A stretch of 64,000 bases of DNA from Balanoglossus misakiensis (taxonomy: Eukaryota; Animalia; Hemichordata): the NCBI GenBank assembly GCA_040954595.2, contig CM082579.2:6127625-6191624 (forward strand), read 5' to 3'. Numbering within the stretch: position 1 is the first letter of the stretch; each line of letters starts with the position of its first letter. Positions 26,119 through 39,700 of this stretch are shown here, piece by piece. The notes below the pieces were generated by a model. That model searched no databases, was not told the origin of the DNA, and saw only the letters and a program-made list of their open reading frames with translations. Made by a program: the position numbers and the translations under genes.

Positions 26119-29100
26119 TTATTGGTTTGAACTCTGAACTACATGTAGTTGTTGTAACCGATCACTAACTGCTAAAATCACACCGTCCAAAACCATTAAA
26201 ATTATAATTTGAGGGATCAGGCCATTAAGCTTATATTACCAGCTGTTGCCATGGTTAACTCTTTTAAGACAGCAATTCCAGTGAACCGGTAGATGGCTCT
26301 TTCATTTTCAATTCCTCGAAAGAGGTTGTTCATTCATAATGATTCATTATGCATTCAACAATTGCAAAATGCAAATCCTTCGGTGCAATAAATCTTATTT
26401 CTAATATATTCAAAAAATGCACTGCCAATGTAAATAATCCCTTCATTTAGGACTGAAATCATGCACTCACAAACAATTGCACCACTTATGTGAAATACAT
26501 ACAAACCACCAAAATTGAAGCGAGGAAAGATTTAAATCCCTTCCCCCATTTCGTGTAACATTATTTGTCCAAGCATAATTTTCCCTTGGTGTATACACAG
26601 CTGACCCCCTTGATTCGTGGATATGTTCATAAGCTGGCATTGCCCCTGATGACATTCACCATCACAAGTGTGAACTCAAAATACATTTGTACAGTATAAT
26701 CTCATAAAATAACAACATTTATGAAACGCTTCCCTTGGTATTCATTTTGCAAATTGTTGGCAGTAAAATAACATAGGCCAGACAGGTCGACCGGCAAATT
26801 CATACATGTAATACGCTACGGTAAGCGTTAAACCTGTTGCATTTTCGACATAGGTAGCTGTAACTCGCTTACGTTAATATTTTCAGTTCGTGTCAGGCTT
26901 TTCTCTCTGTTTGAAGTTCCAACCAACAAGGTGTAGTAACCAGGTCATACGGTTATGGAATATTGTGACCGCCTTTCCACCAGTACGGATTTTCCGTTTC
27001 CAAAATGGCGGTCTGTCAGACTCACGTCGCGTCGTTCTGAATTTGGTCAGAGAGATAGCCTGCCAAATTTTAGTCAATTTTATTTTTTCAGGCTGTTTTC
27101 AAACAGACACGCCTTCTTTCACAAACTGCACGTAAACTAACTACAAAAGATGTGATGATCAACACTGCAGAAGCCCAAAAAATCCAATGACCGCTCGATT
27201 GGGAGTGTGTCAACACGAAAGCCTCTGTGAAAAAAAAAACATAAAACGAAACTGTCAAATGTGTGAGCACATCGGTATTAAACCGAAGTTCTACGTAGAA
27301 TGCTACTGTTGCCTGTTGAAATTATAATACATTGCACATGAACTTACTCTGCTTCGTGTAAACTCGCAAATTGACAGAATATATTAGAACTGCGAGAGAC
27401 AGAAACATGTGTGGCCTTACCGGCTTCTCAATCCAAATAGCCGGTCAGCGCCTACAGCATGCAAGCACTATGATGCAGTGTCTAAAATTAGATCAGACTG
27501 ATCAGAAAAGCTTACCCGGAAATAGGAAATGACGTTTAAGTTAATTGTCAAGCTCCAATGCATATCGTTGGAAACACCTCTGGAAGCCTGAACAGAAAAT
27601 GATCTGAATGATGATGTTTGGATAACTTAGGGTGGACCATTTGATATCCTGGGGTAGCGGGTCTGGATCGAGAAAGAGATTTCCATGTGAATGTGAATGA
27701 AAACAAATTCAGCCATAGAACTCTTGAAAAAAGACAGTGCGGCTCGGGCATCATCAATAATTATGGTCAGAGATCACCATCCCTCGTGCAGGCCAAAGAT
27801 CATGATATTGCCCTCGCTAACATGTGTTATTATTTAACTATGGTATTGCTTAAAGGAACAGACAATGACTGTCACCAATGGAAATTCCATCAGTCTGGAC
27901 AAATGACTGAGATATACCGTTGGTCAACAGACATTATTTTATTTCCTGACATTTCAAAGTGTTCCAATATGCACGGGGACTAGAACATCCCTTGGACAAA
28001 AGAACATTCTGGCTATTTAGCTTCACAGATTAAATTTTCATTTTAATACATATCTCTGATGGGCATAGTTAACAATCAAGACAAATCAGGATATCAAATT
28101 GTACACCCCTTTCTAAATTGTGACTATGCTTTTTTAACCTACAGGTTACATACATGTACAAGTCACTTGGACTTCAGCCATGTACACAATCAGGTTGAAT
28201 CTCAAAACCAGTGGATGTATGTTACATTGTATGCATCTAATACACACCTATTTGTCATTTCAGAACCTTTTGTGACCTGTCTCAGGATATTTTGCATGTT
28301 AAATTGTTAATAGTGTACTCCCCAGAGCAGGTTTATATGAAACTGAAACAATGACTGAAAATTTGCTTTCTTTTTAACATACAATTTTAATCTGTCTGAA
28401 TATTATTCTATGAATTTTTGACTAATGGACCATAGAAGTTACCTGAAATTATTTGAAGTAACAGTTCACTTCCTTTGTAGATTGCATCGCTCTGTTGACA
28501 GCCTTTTGTCTCTCCTGCAGATCCAATTCAAGATGGCTTGATGAAGTCCAGGGCTGTGTTGGTTGCTGAAGGTCTCCACGGTGTCACTGTTGTACAGTCT
28601 TCTGTTTGGATAGGTCTCGTTATACTTTAGGAGGGCTTGTTGGAACGACTGGATGGATTCCTCGAAGTTAACACCTACCAAGCAAACATGTTGAAGGGTG
28701 AATACATTTTTAAAACACCAAATATCCAGCTCTTGACATTATTTTTTTATTTTTTTAACATGATTGATTTTTTCAATTTGTATGATTCTTTAAACTGTAC
28801 TACCTTTGTGTTAGATGATTTAGATTTTGAGAATACTCTAATCACATAATATATAGTGGTTTTTTTTCATTGATGCTGAATTTTATCAGAAAAATGATAT
28901 ACTTTGCTTACCTGATTGATGTTCAACACTTTGCAAACATTAGTATTCAGACCCTTCTGTCGTATATATTCAACCAAAACCTGCATTTGACACGAGTCTT
29001 GATTTGGCGGCACTTGTCATAATGAATCCTTCTATACATAGAAATTGGCCTTCCTCTACTGCAGCAAACAGTGCATTTCTGCCAATAGATTCGACGGCGC

Positions 29101-29137
29101 TCACCACTAAATCTTTCATATTCTTTATGACCCAAGG

Positions 29138-29505
29138 CACAGGCGCCTGTAAAGATGCTATTTCAGTTTTTTTAATAATTATAAAGTGGCTAAAAACGGC
29201 TGTGTTCGGGCCTAGGCCTATACCCCACTGACACATAAAGAGATATATTATCTTTTAGCTCTGCGTGGCAGGGCTGTGTTGTTACGGCGAGCCCTCCACA
29301 ACAGGGCTCGCCATATTAACAACACAGCCCTGCCACGCAGAGCTAATTATCTTTATGTGTCAGTGGGGTATAGGCCTAGGCCCGAACATAGCGAGAGCGC
29401 TCGTTTGACGCAAATTCGGGACATCGTATTAAGCTACTGATTTATCGTTTTTAGCCACTTTATAATTAATAAAAAACTGAAATAGCATCTTTACAAGCGC
29501 CTGTG
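29138..29505. mobile_element. Palindromic MITE with CACAG…CTGTG termini and 8-bp TSD (P-element-like)
   Basis: The arms CACAGGCGCCTGTAAAGATGCTATTTCAG… and …CTGAAATAGCATCTTTACAAGCGCCTGTG are inverted. TSD ACCCAAGG at 29130-29137 and 29506-29513. CANRG termini with a 7-8-bp TSD match the P superfamily. Confidence 0.85.
29256..29345. mobile_element. 90-bp hairpin mini-MITE (TAG…CTA) with 9-bp TSD, nested at the centre of the 29138-29505 element
   Basis: TAGCTCTGCGTGGCAGGGCTGTGTTGTTA…TAACAACACAGCCCTGCCACGCAGAGCTA, flanked by ATTATCTTT at 29247-29255 and 29346-29354. Confidence 0.85.
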
Positions 29506-30746
29506 ACCCAAGGAGAGGTTCGAGGATATTTCCAATACCAGACACTCCTTGAAGTTTTTTTGTAAATTTTACTACAGCCACACCGACAGTGTGATAAACC
29601 CAGCATGTAAGCTTTCCCTTCCCAAAGTGTGAGCTGCAACTTACCGATAAAGTGGTATTCGATCGCCAAATATTCAGTTCTTACATCTGCATTCCATCAA
29701 CATCACATTTCCTAGATCAAGTATATGAGGTCACGTGATGAGGAGAGCGACCTTTGAAACATACCCCCTCTCTCGGCGTAAGCGCTCGCCCCCTCCTTGA
29801 GAGAAAAGTTGCTCCAAAACTAAATATTTCCAGTGGTGTTCTTCTGATATAGTTATTCAATGTTTTATGACCGACATTATACGAAATACCACGATTGCCT
29901 ATCACACAAAATGTCTTTTGAATCGATCAGTACACTATTAGTGATAGGCAGAATATCTATTCTTTCAAGCGTTTGCAGGCGCTCTCTTTGTGTTGTGCAC
30001 CAACGTCCCGGAAGCGCAGCTCAATAATTGTCATCTCAAAGTTAAAAAGATGTTGATTTGGAAAACGAGCAGAAGTAGGAAGACTCTTATTTCGTAACCA
30101 GAATAGCTCGGAAATTAAAAAAACACCACTTTAAATGCGCAAGACTTTTCAGTCTTGACAAAATGACAAAGGATCCACTCGTTTCTCGCCTCATTTCAGG
30201 GGGGAGTGAATAACACCTCTGGCACAGCCAATAAATGAAAACAGAACAACGAAAGTTTATTTTATGACAACCTTTACAAAGAAGCTAGAGAGTATTAAAT
30301 ATTCTCTCCGTGTAAATGCATTCTGTAAAACACAGTTATAAAAAAATTACCGTGGTTAAACTTATTTATTATAATACGTAGAAGGTAGAGTGACTTTTGA
30401 ACACACAATCATCTCGAGTTCTTACATTTCTACAGGTTTTCAGTGTTCTTTGTATCTTCATTGTTCGTGTTCTGTAAAAGTGTCTTGGTGAACTCGTACA
30501 TGATGCATGTATGAGGTAATGTTCACCAAATATATTTTGACTTGGGATTAATATAAACACATAAAAATAGAAATGTAAGTCCAGTCAAACACATCAAAAT
30601 ATTGTGCACAGGTGTCACGAAGCGTGAAAAGACACCAATAAAGGTACAGATTTCCTGAGTGCAAATGTTATTTCACAAACCAATCAAAACGGTTCGCGGC
30701 TGTCGATATGCTTAATAAGACCGCGCACATGCCCTTAGGGTGCCTG

Positions 30747-33700
30747 TCATACATTCAAAGCCAGCTGTGGTTTGTTGAAATCGGCCTTTCCCATCAACCA
30801 GTAGGTCAGCTGGATCCCCTTGCCCTGCAAGACAAAATTTCAAACTCGCGATTGATCTTCTGATATGAGCTTACAGACAAAAACATATTTTGGTTAGGCC
30901 TGCATCGTCGTCGTCGTCTTCGTCAACTTTACTAATTGGCCAAGCGATCCTTACGACGTTTCGGGAATTGTGAAAAATAGGTACAGAAATCAACGAACCA
31001 ACACTACGGACCTTCATTTGAACTTCGCCTCTCTCCACAAAAATATAACCTCCAAGCTCCTTCAGGGCCTCCATCGTTGTTTTACTCATGTGTATGCGGA
31101 AAGCTGTGGGCGGAAATGTCAGAGACAAAACTCAGTCCGGTACAGAAGCCTTGATAATCTCTATATGGACCCTGATATTATAAAGTGAATTGGCAAAATA
31201 GTTTCTTTCAGTGTACTTCAAGCCCGTCGAGTTCAGTTCAGTTACGTTGCCTCGCGAACAAAATATCTGTACTTAGTTTGCAATCTCCTAACCCTTTCTA
31301 TATCCAGGATCTAGGCCTACTAGGTTATCGTTTCAGGAAGCATAAACTAACTTGAGGCAAACCCTACTCCGTACACTCGTTTCATTCACAATTCTCCTTC
31401 TAACAGGAAACGCCACTGAAAACATGATTTGGCATTGTGGTATGCAAGAACATGACAGTTGGCTCTGTGTCTGTGTCCCTATTGTATACCTTGTCCACAG
31501 GATTCATATCTTGAGGCTGTGTTTACTGTGTCGCCAAAGAGACAGTACCTAGGCATGGCTATCCCAATGACGCCGGCCACGCACGGCCCTGTAATCGAGA
31601 AAAAACGGGGTCCAGTACAATTGAGTAAATGGCACGACCAGACCCAGGTGTCACACAGTCCGTAAGATTGCAATGAGATTCCCTGCATTTACTGTTCTAC
31701 GAAATGTGACGGTAATTACAACCATGGGCGTATCACGAGGCTGGATTAATCATTTCAATATAAGGGGAAACATTTATTGTTGACAATGCTCTCTTGGAGT
31801 TTCAGGGTAAGAAGCAGATAGAAACTGAAACACTGGCGCGTTCTCTCCTCAGATTTCGCAATGCAGTATGTCATATCTATAATAACTGTCAAAACTCGCC
31901 TGTGTGAATGCCTATCCTCAGTTTCAATTTTTCTTCCGTCATGTGCGGTATCACGAAGGACTGGCAGGCGTGCAACAACGACAGAGCCATGCTGGCAATT
32001 TCACCTGCGTGTTTCCGGCCGTTGCGCTCAGGCAAGCCGCTGACCACCATATAGGCGTCACCAATGGTTTCCACCTGTTGCAAAAATGTATTGTTGATAA
32101 TGGTTTGTACGGAACACATTTGACATCAAACTCGCTAATATAATTTTGCATTTCTGGTGCACAGAGTTACGCAATATACTCTTTCCTACAACAATGAGGC
32201 GGTCGGTTTCAGTCTTTACAATGTTTTCTGGATGTTAGCTTATATATGAAAGCAGATTTTGATGGCGCTGGTTATAAACGATATGAATGAAAAACCGCTA
32301 CTGCCAAAAACAACAGAAAGACACGAAACATAACTACTGATTGGCGTACCTTATATACGTCATAGACTTGAATGATGCCGTCAAAGAGTGAGTACAGTGA
32401 GTTAAGGAGTTTGATGACCTGAAAAAAATGAAGAGGGTGCAATCTATCACGAGGATGTTCACTTGCAACATTACCATGAAGTTTAATTTGACAGAGTGGG
32501 ATTACACTGTACATTATTCCTGGTTTTTCACCTTTGGTCTTTTTTGGTGCCTCTATACGATACACGCTTTCACATCAGTGAACCGGGGCGGTGTGGAATG
32601 ACGTAGTCGACAATTAAAACTAAAAACCTGCCTGCATGGGAGTGCTGATGGCCGACAGTGCTGTGAATCCGACGATATCGGAAAAGAATATGGTGACGTC
32701 ATCGAACCCCTCCGCCTCCACGTGTTGGCCCCGCGTAAGTCTCTCAGCCACCTGTCTGTAATTCGAGAAGATCACAGAGGCCGTTATAAACAAGGACTCA
32801 ACAAGAGAATCACATCTCTGTCGCTGTCATTCGTTCGCGCTTCGTAGACGATCACAAAAAAGGCTTACTTCGGTAACATGCGGTACAGTAGTTGCTCTGT
32901 TTTCTTCTTTTCTTCAACTAACTGCGCTGTCCTGTCGGCCACGATGTCCTCCAGGTTGTGGGCATATTTCTCGAGCATTGACACCATGTTGTCCATAATA
33001 CTTGCATTCCTTAGTGTGGGAATAAAGAAACATGAGAAGAGACCCATGTTCTTTTTTCGGCAGCGTATTAACTATGGAAAAAGGGTATTTTGATACCACA
33101 CTTCACCGAATATTGTAAATGCTCATAGCTACGAATAACTGCTGCAATAACTTAAATACGTATACATGTATGTTTGAACTGATGGTGTCGTGTGTCTAAA
33201 AGGTATGATAGGCGAAAGAAATTTGAATCGGTTTAAGAATAACGCACGCATATAAGTTTCCTAATGGTTGCACAATATTGACACTTGACGTATTACTGTA
33301 GCAATAGATCCGCCAGTTTCACTATCAACTCGCAAAGTAGAAGCACAATGAACAACGCCCTCACTTGTTTGGATTTACATCGCGGATCACTTTTCTTACA
33401 GCGGTTAATTCCGGCCTCTTCTCCGGTAAGTCGTGCCAACATTTGGACATGAGGTCCTCGATAACAGCCGGACACGAACCTGACGAGATCTCGGGACGGA
33501 ACGGTCGCACAGTGCCCGCCGAACTCCTCACCAGTTGAACAATCTCTGACGGTGGAGGGGTGGAACGAAAATGATCATGTAGTCATCAGATTTAACTCAG
33601 TAGGCCTACATAATCTCGGAAGCATGGGGGTTAGTGTCTATGACATTTCTTTGTATTTGATGACCTTTTTCATGGAATTCGTTCTCTTTTTGTGTAAATG

Positions 33701-36700
33701 CGAGGAAGCACCCAAATTTTTAAAACCAATTTTACCTTTGGCTGTTTTATCGGTAAGCCCATATGGTCCATCTCTGGCGACGATCTCGTGAAGGATAATC
33801 CCAAAACTGTAAACGTCGCCTTTCTGTGATTTCTCGACCGGGGACGAGGATGTGTGGTCGCCTTCGGGAAGAAGCTCGGGAGCAGTCCATTGTAGTCCTG
33901 AGGGAAGAAACGACACACTTTGATGAACTGATATCAAAATTTACTTGAGACTTTTACTTAGGCCCAATCCTGTAGGCCTCATTTGGTGTACCCATATTAC
34001 ACTTGAATTGTAGCGATGCTGGCAGGGTTGGCTCACCCATTCACCGCCACAGCCGCTGCGCGCCACCAGTAGTTTAAAATGACCATTTTCTACATGTCGC
34101 TTGAAACTGGTTATGTTATTGGCGTGTCTTGAATGATTGTGGGGTGGCAATGTACGTGTGTGTATGTATGAATGTGTGTGTGTGCGACATAAAAGCCAAT
34201 TTGAAATGAACAGAAAAGAAAAAGATAGCTTTTCTATCAGTATTATAGATTCGGATGAATTCTACTTCTAACAAGGGTTCATCCGTTCCCAGATCCACTC
34301 ATCATACATCGGACTCGCTCTCTTGCAAACCAAGACGCCATAACCCGCTTTATAATGAGCGACAGTGACGCAAATCCATCAGCCGAGGTCCGGTCATGTG
34401 ACATCAGCCTTGAGTTGTTTAGGAAGTGGGAGCCGATTGAAGCATCGAGATCCGTTCCTTTTGATTTGCATACGGTCAAGTACCCCGCGGCAGTTGTATA
34501 GTGACATGTTCCGATGTATCATTCTGACGTACATGCATATAGTGCGCCTATAGGCGACGAAACAGCAACTATACAAATATATATATCAATACCAATGATG
34601 AGCACGTCCTGCAAATATATCTAGGACTCGAAACGAAAGTACGCAAAAAAGCAAGTGAACTGTAGATTGCTCTCTCTCAACATTGATAACGAAAATTGTG
34701 GTCATCCTGCAAAACTTTGAATGAGAGATTCAATTGTTCAAGAGTACACGATAGTCGTGTACACTTAAAGCGAGCAACTGAATAAACGGGTGCCGCACCC
34801 GCTTATTATTGAACTTGTACATAATTAAATATACAGCCACACTCAGAGGTTGATAATATGTTTGTGTATACCCATCAGTGAGCTCATTTAAATCGCCCTA
34901 CGCAAGTTTGAGAATAAACTCACGAAAATACGTAAATTACAGATATATAATTTTACGTGTGATTACATCAATCTCCTGTAGTTGGATGCTGTGCTATGCT
35001 TTACCTCTGTAAAATATATCCTCGGTTTCCGGCTTCACTGCAGACTTGCACGACCGAAACTCTTCGAGGCCATAATCACACAACTTGACGACCCACCGAC
35101 CGTCCACCAGGCAGTTCGAAGACTTCAGGTTCCCGTGTACTTTCATCGAGGTCTTGTGAAGAAAGTGCAGTCCCTGTCGAAACGAGAGGGGGGGGGGGTA
35201 TGTATAGATTAGTATTCTAGGCCGTTTCTCCCGGAGGAGTCACAATTTTATATAGATGCATTCATCTGTAATTGTTAACGTGTTTCAGTAAACATCGGTG
35301 AAGCCGCCGAAATTTGTCTCATCGCCTTCGCGTCGACATCCGAATCTTCTCATGTATGTGATGACGGCATTGACAATTTAGGACACCTGTGCAGGCACAT
35401 CAGTGTGTGCAACCGCGGCGTTGTAACTCACGACAGCCCAATTACTGAATGTACTTTAAACGTGAAACGTACGCTTTCATACCACAATCGCTGCATGTGA
35501 TTCCTACCGCAAAGTGACTTGGCGTAATGCACATTTTCTGCTTAACTAAAATACATGTAGTCTTTACAGTACAGTGCACACCAGCTCAACGCGACCACCC
35601 TCGCCTGTCTCAATTACACAAACCTTGAAAGCGGAAAGTAGTTTTATGATATCGCATGTTACAAAGTGAATAAAAGGGGGTTTCATAGACTCACAGCCAG
35701 GATGTCACTCGCGAATGACATTTTGAACATCCAGTCCAAGGTAATCTCTCCTTTCTCCAAAATATCCTGCAATTAAGGACGAGGCAAATACATCATACAA
35801 TAGACCACAACGCACCCTGGCACAATTCGTAATGCTCCGAGTCCATTTGTCTGTTATTTTGAACTAAGAAAGCACGCATTTCTCTCAACTAACACTGAAT
35901 AAACGAATCTATGGACACACACATTCTAACAAACCGAATTTATTAAAAAGAATTAGAAAATTTAAAAGAGCATGTATGTGGCCTAGTACAAAGGCGGCTT
36001 TACCCTGACCAGATGGATTTGGTATAAAAGGCTTATACATTGGGAGTGAAACCCAAAGGTCTTACCTGCAAACTGCCCTTTGCACAGTAGTGTTCAACGA
36101 TGCATACATTCGGCGGGTCAACACAGACCCCGACGAACTGGTTGAGATTGTCGTGACGTATCTCGCGCATCTAATTGACAAATCGCAAAGAAAACACGCA
36201 CTGAATAGGTTATTCTCCAGCGAGTGAATGCAAGACATTACCCTTCGAGGAGATCGTGAGCTACGGTGAGACAGGGAATACAAACTTCATTTCCTTTACA
36301 CTTCTTCTCCAACTTCTCTTTGTGTGAGCCCACTTTCTTTGAAAGAGTACATTTGTACACTTTTTTGTCGGTTTCTTTGATCAATGACGTCGACATTGGT
36401 TGCAAATCACGCCGACCTCGACTTATTATAACAACACAATGACAACAAACTCACAATTTTTGGTTCCTGCGAAAAAAAATTGCGCTCGTTGTCTGAATAC
36501 CTCAAAAGATTCGTCGTATTGCCGACTGACAGAGTCCTGACTGGGGTGTTTAATAAGAGACCTGGCATCGGCTGCGACATAAATCCAGAATGAGAGTTCC
36601 TTGCGCACAGAAATAGCTGCATGGGAGTTACTTTTATTACAGACCCGTCACCCCGGAGAAATCAAGATAGACGCGCAAATCCTGCGCAGTGGTTAACGGT

Positions 36701-39700
36701 GTACCTTCGAGGAGACATTTAGGCTCAAACACAGACAGCGAGAAATTTGTCTGTGGCTCAAACAACTTTCATCACGAGTCAAATATCGCAATCTTATCTG
36801 CCCTGCGAAGGAAAAACGCGCCCACACAGCTTAACCTCTCCGAGAGAGAAAAAGGGTGTCAGAAAGGATATATCCATGGATATATTTATCTCGTCTCATC
36901 ACCTTTTTCAATTCCAGATACAGATTCCGGTTCAGATTGACGTTCGGTTTGTCCACCATTTTGACAGCTACGGACGCCCCCTAGGGAAGAAATAGGAAGA
37001 TGGTTTTAACAGATTTTACGCGAGGCTCGGATGAACAAAGACACCGTTTGAGATAATATTTCTCAGATACCCACAAATATGTGTGTAATTCATTGTGCTT
37101 ACTGAAGTAAACAGATATTAGTACCCATGGCTACATTTACCCCCCCCCCCCCCCCGCCCAGTAAATCGCAGATGGCAAGGACTCCGCTGAAGGCTTCTGT
37201 TCTTTGATAACTAGCGCATGTAATGGTGACGAGGTTTCTACTATGTAACATAATATTTACTTCAAGACTATTCGTGCATCAAACAGGAAACGGTATTATG
37301 CTTTGCTGTGATAAATTCACTAATGCAATGAATGTCAAAAATAATATCTTCCCGTTTTGGAAATCACGCAGAGACTCGGCCCACTCTTAATCGCAATCAA
37401 TACACGTACTTCTCAAAATCACTTTGAATATTGTGTAACTGCACTGCATTTTACAGTAAATATCGAAGAGTTATATTTTCATCATATGGATTTCGAACCA
37501 GGAAGAATCGAATTTGCTAGCTGATATGTCCGAAGGCCTGAGATTAATTGCCCGAGTGGGCGCCACCTCAGCATAATTTTAACGATACTCAATTTTGTCT
37601 TTACCCTTGGGGCGACGGACGATACCATTTTTGAATTTGTGAAGATTCTCATCACCATGTATGCTTATGATATTTGTGTACTCCTGAATAACCGGGTGTG
37701 GTGCCCGTTTGTCATTATTTAAACTTGTTCATCTAAACGCACGGGCACAATCATTGGGGGTTGATCTTACGCTGGAGTATAGCCCATCAAACGAGGGCCA
37801 CTTAATTAATCTGATGCATTCAACTCTGTTTGGACTACAGTATGTTGTTAGGGTAATAAACTACATGTATTAGGCATGGTCTCTAATAATTGTCCTTGTG
37901 CGTGCGTGCGTGCGCACTCAGCAAAAATGTGTAACCCCTTCGAAGTTTTCACACACGTGCACGTGCATGTTTTACCTTTGCAGCCGTGCTGGCGTAGTAC
38001 AGAACATGCGCTTTGTGGACAAGCGCATGATACATGTGTGTAAAATACATGCTAATGTGTGATTTATAAGTTGCAAGATGTGTTTTCACGCGACGCTGCT
38101 GGGTAACTGTACTAACATGCGTACAGGAATCAACATTTCCCCCCAAAGTGATGCATTCGTTAATAGTGTGTGCGGTTGCGTGTACTTTGTAGTTACATTT
38201 TGTACTTTTGTCGCGCCGCGTTCCTCACCTCATAAGTTCCCACGATGGTGAATATTTGCTGAGGGCGACCGTCTTGAAAACTGTCTATGGAGAAGAGACT
38301 GGTGACCCGACATGCACTGCCGGCGGCCGAAACGAGACTTCCGTGAATAGACTGTAAAACAAAGAATTATCTGTAGCACGAACGATCACGTTAAAGAAAC
38401 GACAACATCACAGCAGTTCGTTTATCCGGCGGGTGCCGGGTGGATAAATAGCAAATAGTTACAGAAACGTGATGTAAGACCTACTACTCGAATGTTTACC
38501 ATAAACCACTTCGACAAAAAAATAATATTACCTGCCAGGTTTTCCGGATAGCGATATCATGGAACTTTATTTTCCATTTCATTTCGAGAAGCGCTTTTTC
38601 GAACTTATACTTTCTGTAGATGACTGCAGCAACCATGGATACAGCGGTTACTAGGCACAGAGGTACGAGGACCGTGACGAGCAAGAGAATTTGCCCTGCG
38701 AAAAAAATGAATACTTAAAGACTAGCCGTGTATAACATTGCAACATATCAACGATCTCACAACGAGTTCGGAAAATGGTATATTGCTTTAAAATGGCACC
38801 GTCCTACAAGTGATGCGGTCTTAATCCGTGATCCACGAGATCTGCAGAGGAGAAGAAGGGGGGAACGGCAAACGCACCTGATTGCTCGCGAAGACAGAGT
38901 TCCCCGGTGAAGCCACACACGGGTATGTCTAATGGGGGGTTGCTGCCCCCGCTCGGCCAGGCCATCGTCTGCACATCCAGCACGAGCGTGTCCCCGCGAG
39001 CATCGTACAGGCCAACTTTGTCGAACGTGAGTCCGTCTTGAAAGGCAAGGAACCAGAAATCCTGATTCCGGTCCCCGTTCTCGTCGACGCTGACCCGTCC
39101 TGTCACACCTGCGGGTGTCGATAAAACATTGTAGGCTGTGGCTCTCTAACGTTCAGGAATTTCCTTTTTTTTTACTGTCTGGTTATAACTTTGGCGTGGT
39201 GTACATGTTCGGAGAAAGAAACAAAACCCCACTAACCTTGGAAATCAACCTGTTGCATCTCTCGGAAGAGGTTCCTGCCGTCGTAAGGATCACCTCCCTG
39301 GACACGAACCCGGTGTAGCGATAAACCGTACAACATGACGGCATCATACAGGTAGCCCGCTATCTCACCAACCTTGCAAGGCAATACGAAATATCTACTT
39401 ATTAATTACGGATGTGCGATAGGTAGAATTAAAAGTATTGTCATTTCTGTGAATTGTGGATTGACTTTTTGTATATAGTTTAGCTGTACTTTGTACATTA
39501 AAAAACACTGAGGCCAGTATGTAAACGCATACCCGTGATTTATCAGTCAAGTTATAATACCAAGGCGGGTCAAGAAACTTTTCTTGGATAGAATCGACGA
39601 GTCCGTCATATTCTGCGCCGATGTAAGAGACCATTTCCAAGACCAGTAATGATTTGTAAGCCTTGGCTACGTCAGCGTCCCTTCCGTCGCTGTCATCTTG

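Larger units (their letters stand above)
28441..29710 (-). pseudogene. Decayed spliced coding remnant (in-frame stops, MITE insertion); possibly transposon-derived
   Basis: Removing the 29138-29505 MITE joins …YPRTSPWV|IKNMKDLVVSAVESIGRNALFAAVEEGQFLCIEGFI…. The same frame runs through two stops to a GTAAG donor (~28911) that is phase-compatible with the acceptor at ~28675 (GVNFEESIQSFQQALLKY…HSPGLHQAILNWICRRDKRLSTERCNLQRK*TV). Confidence 0.45.

Noticed and set aside
38804-38877. Extra exon or soluble-ectodomain stop after guanylyl cyclase exon 5 (strong acceptor at ~38843)
   Set aside because: It would need a ~35-nt intron, which is implausibly short; exon 5 splices in phase to the TM exon at 38695.
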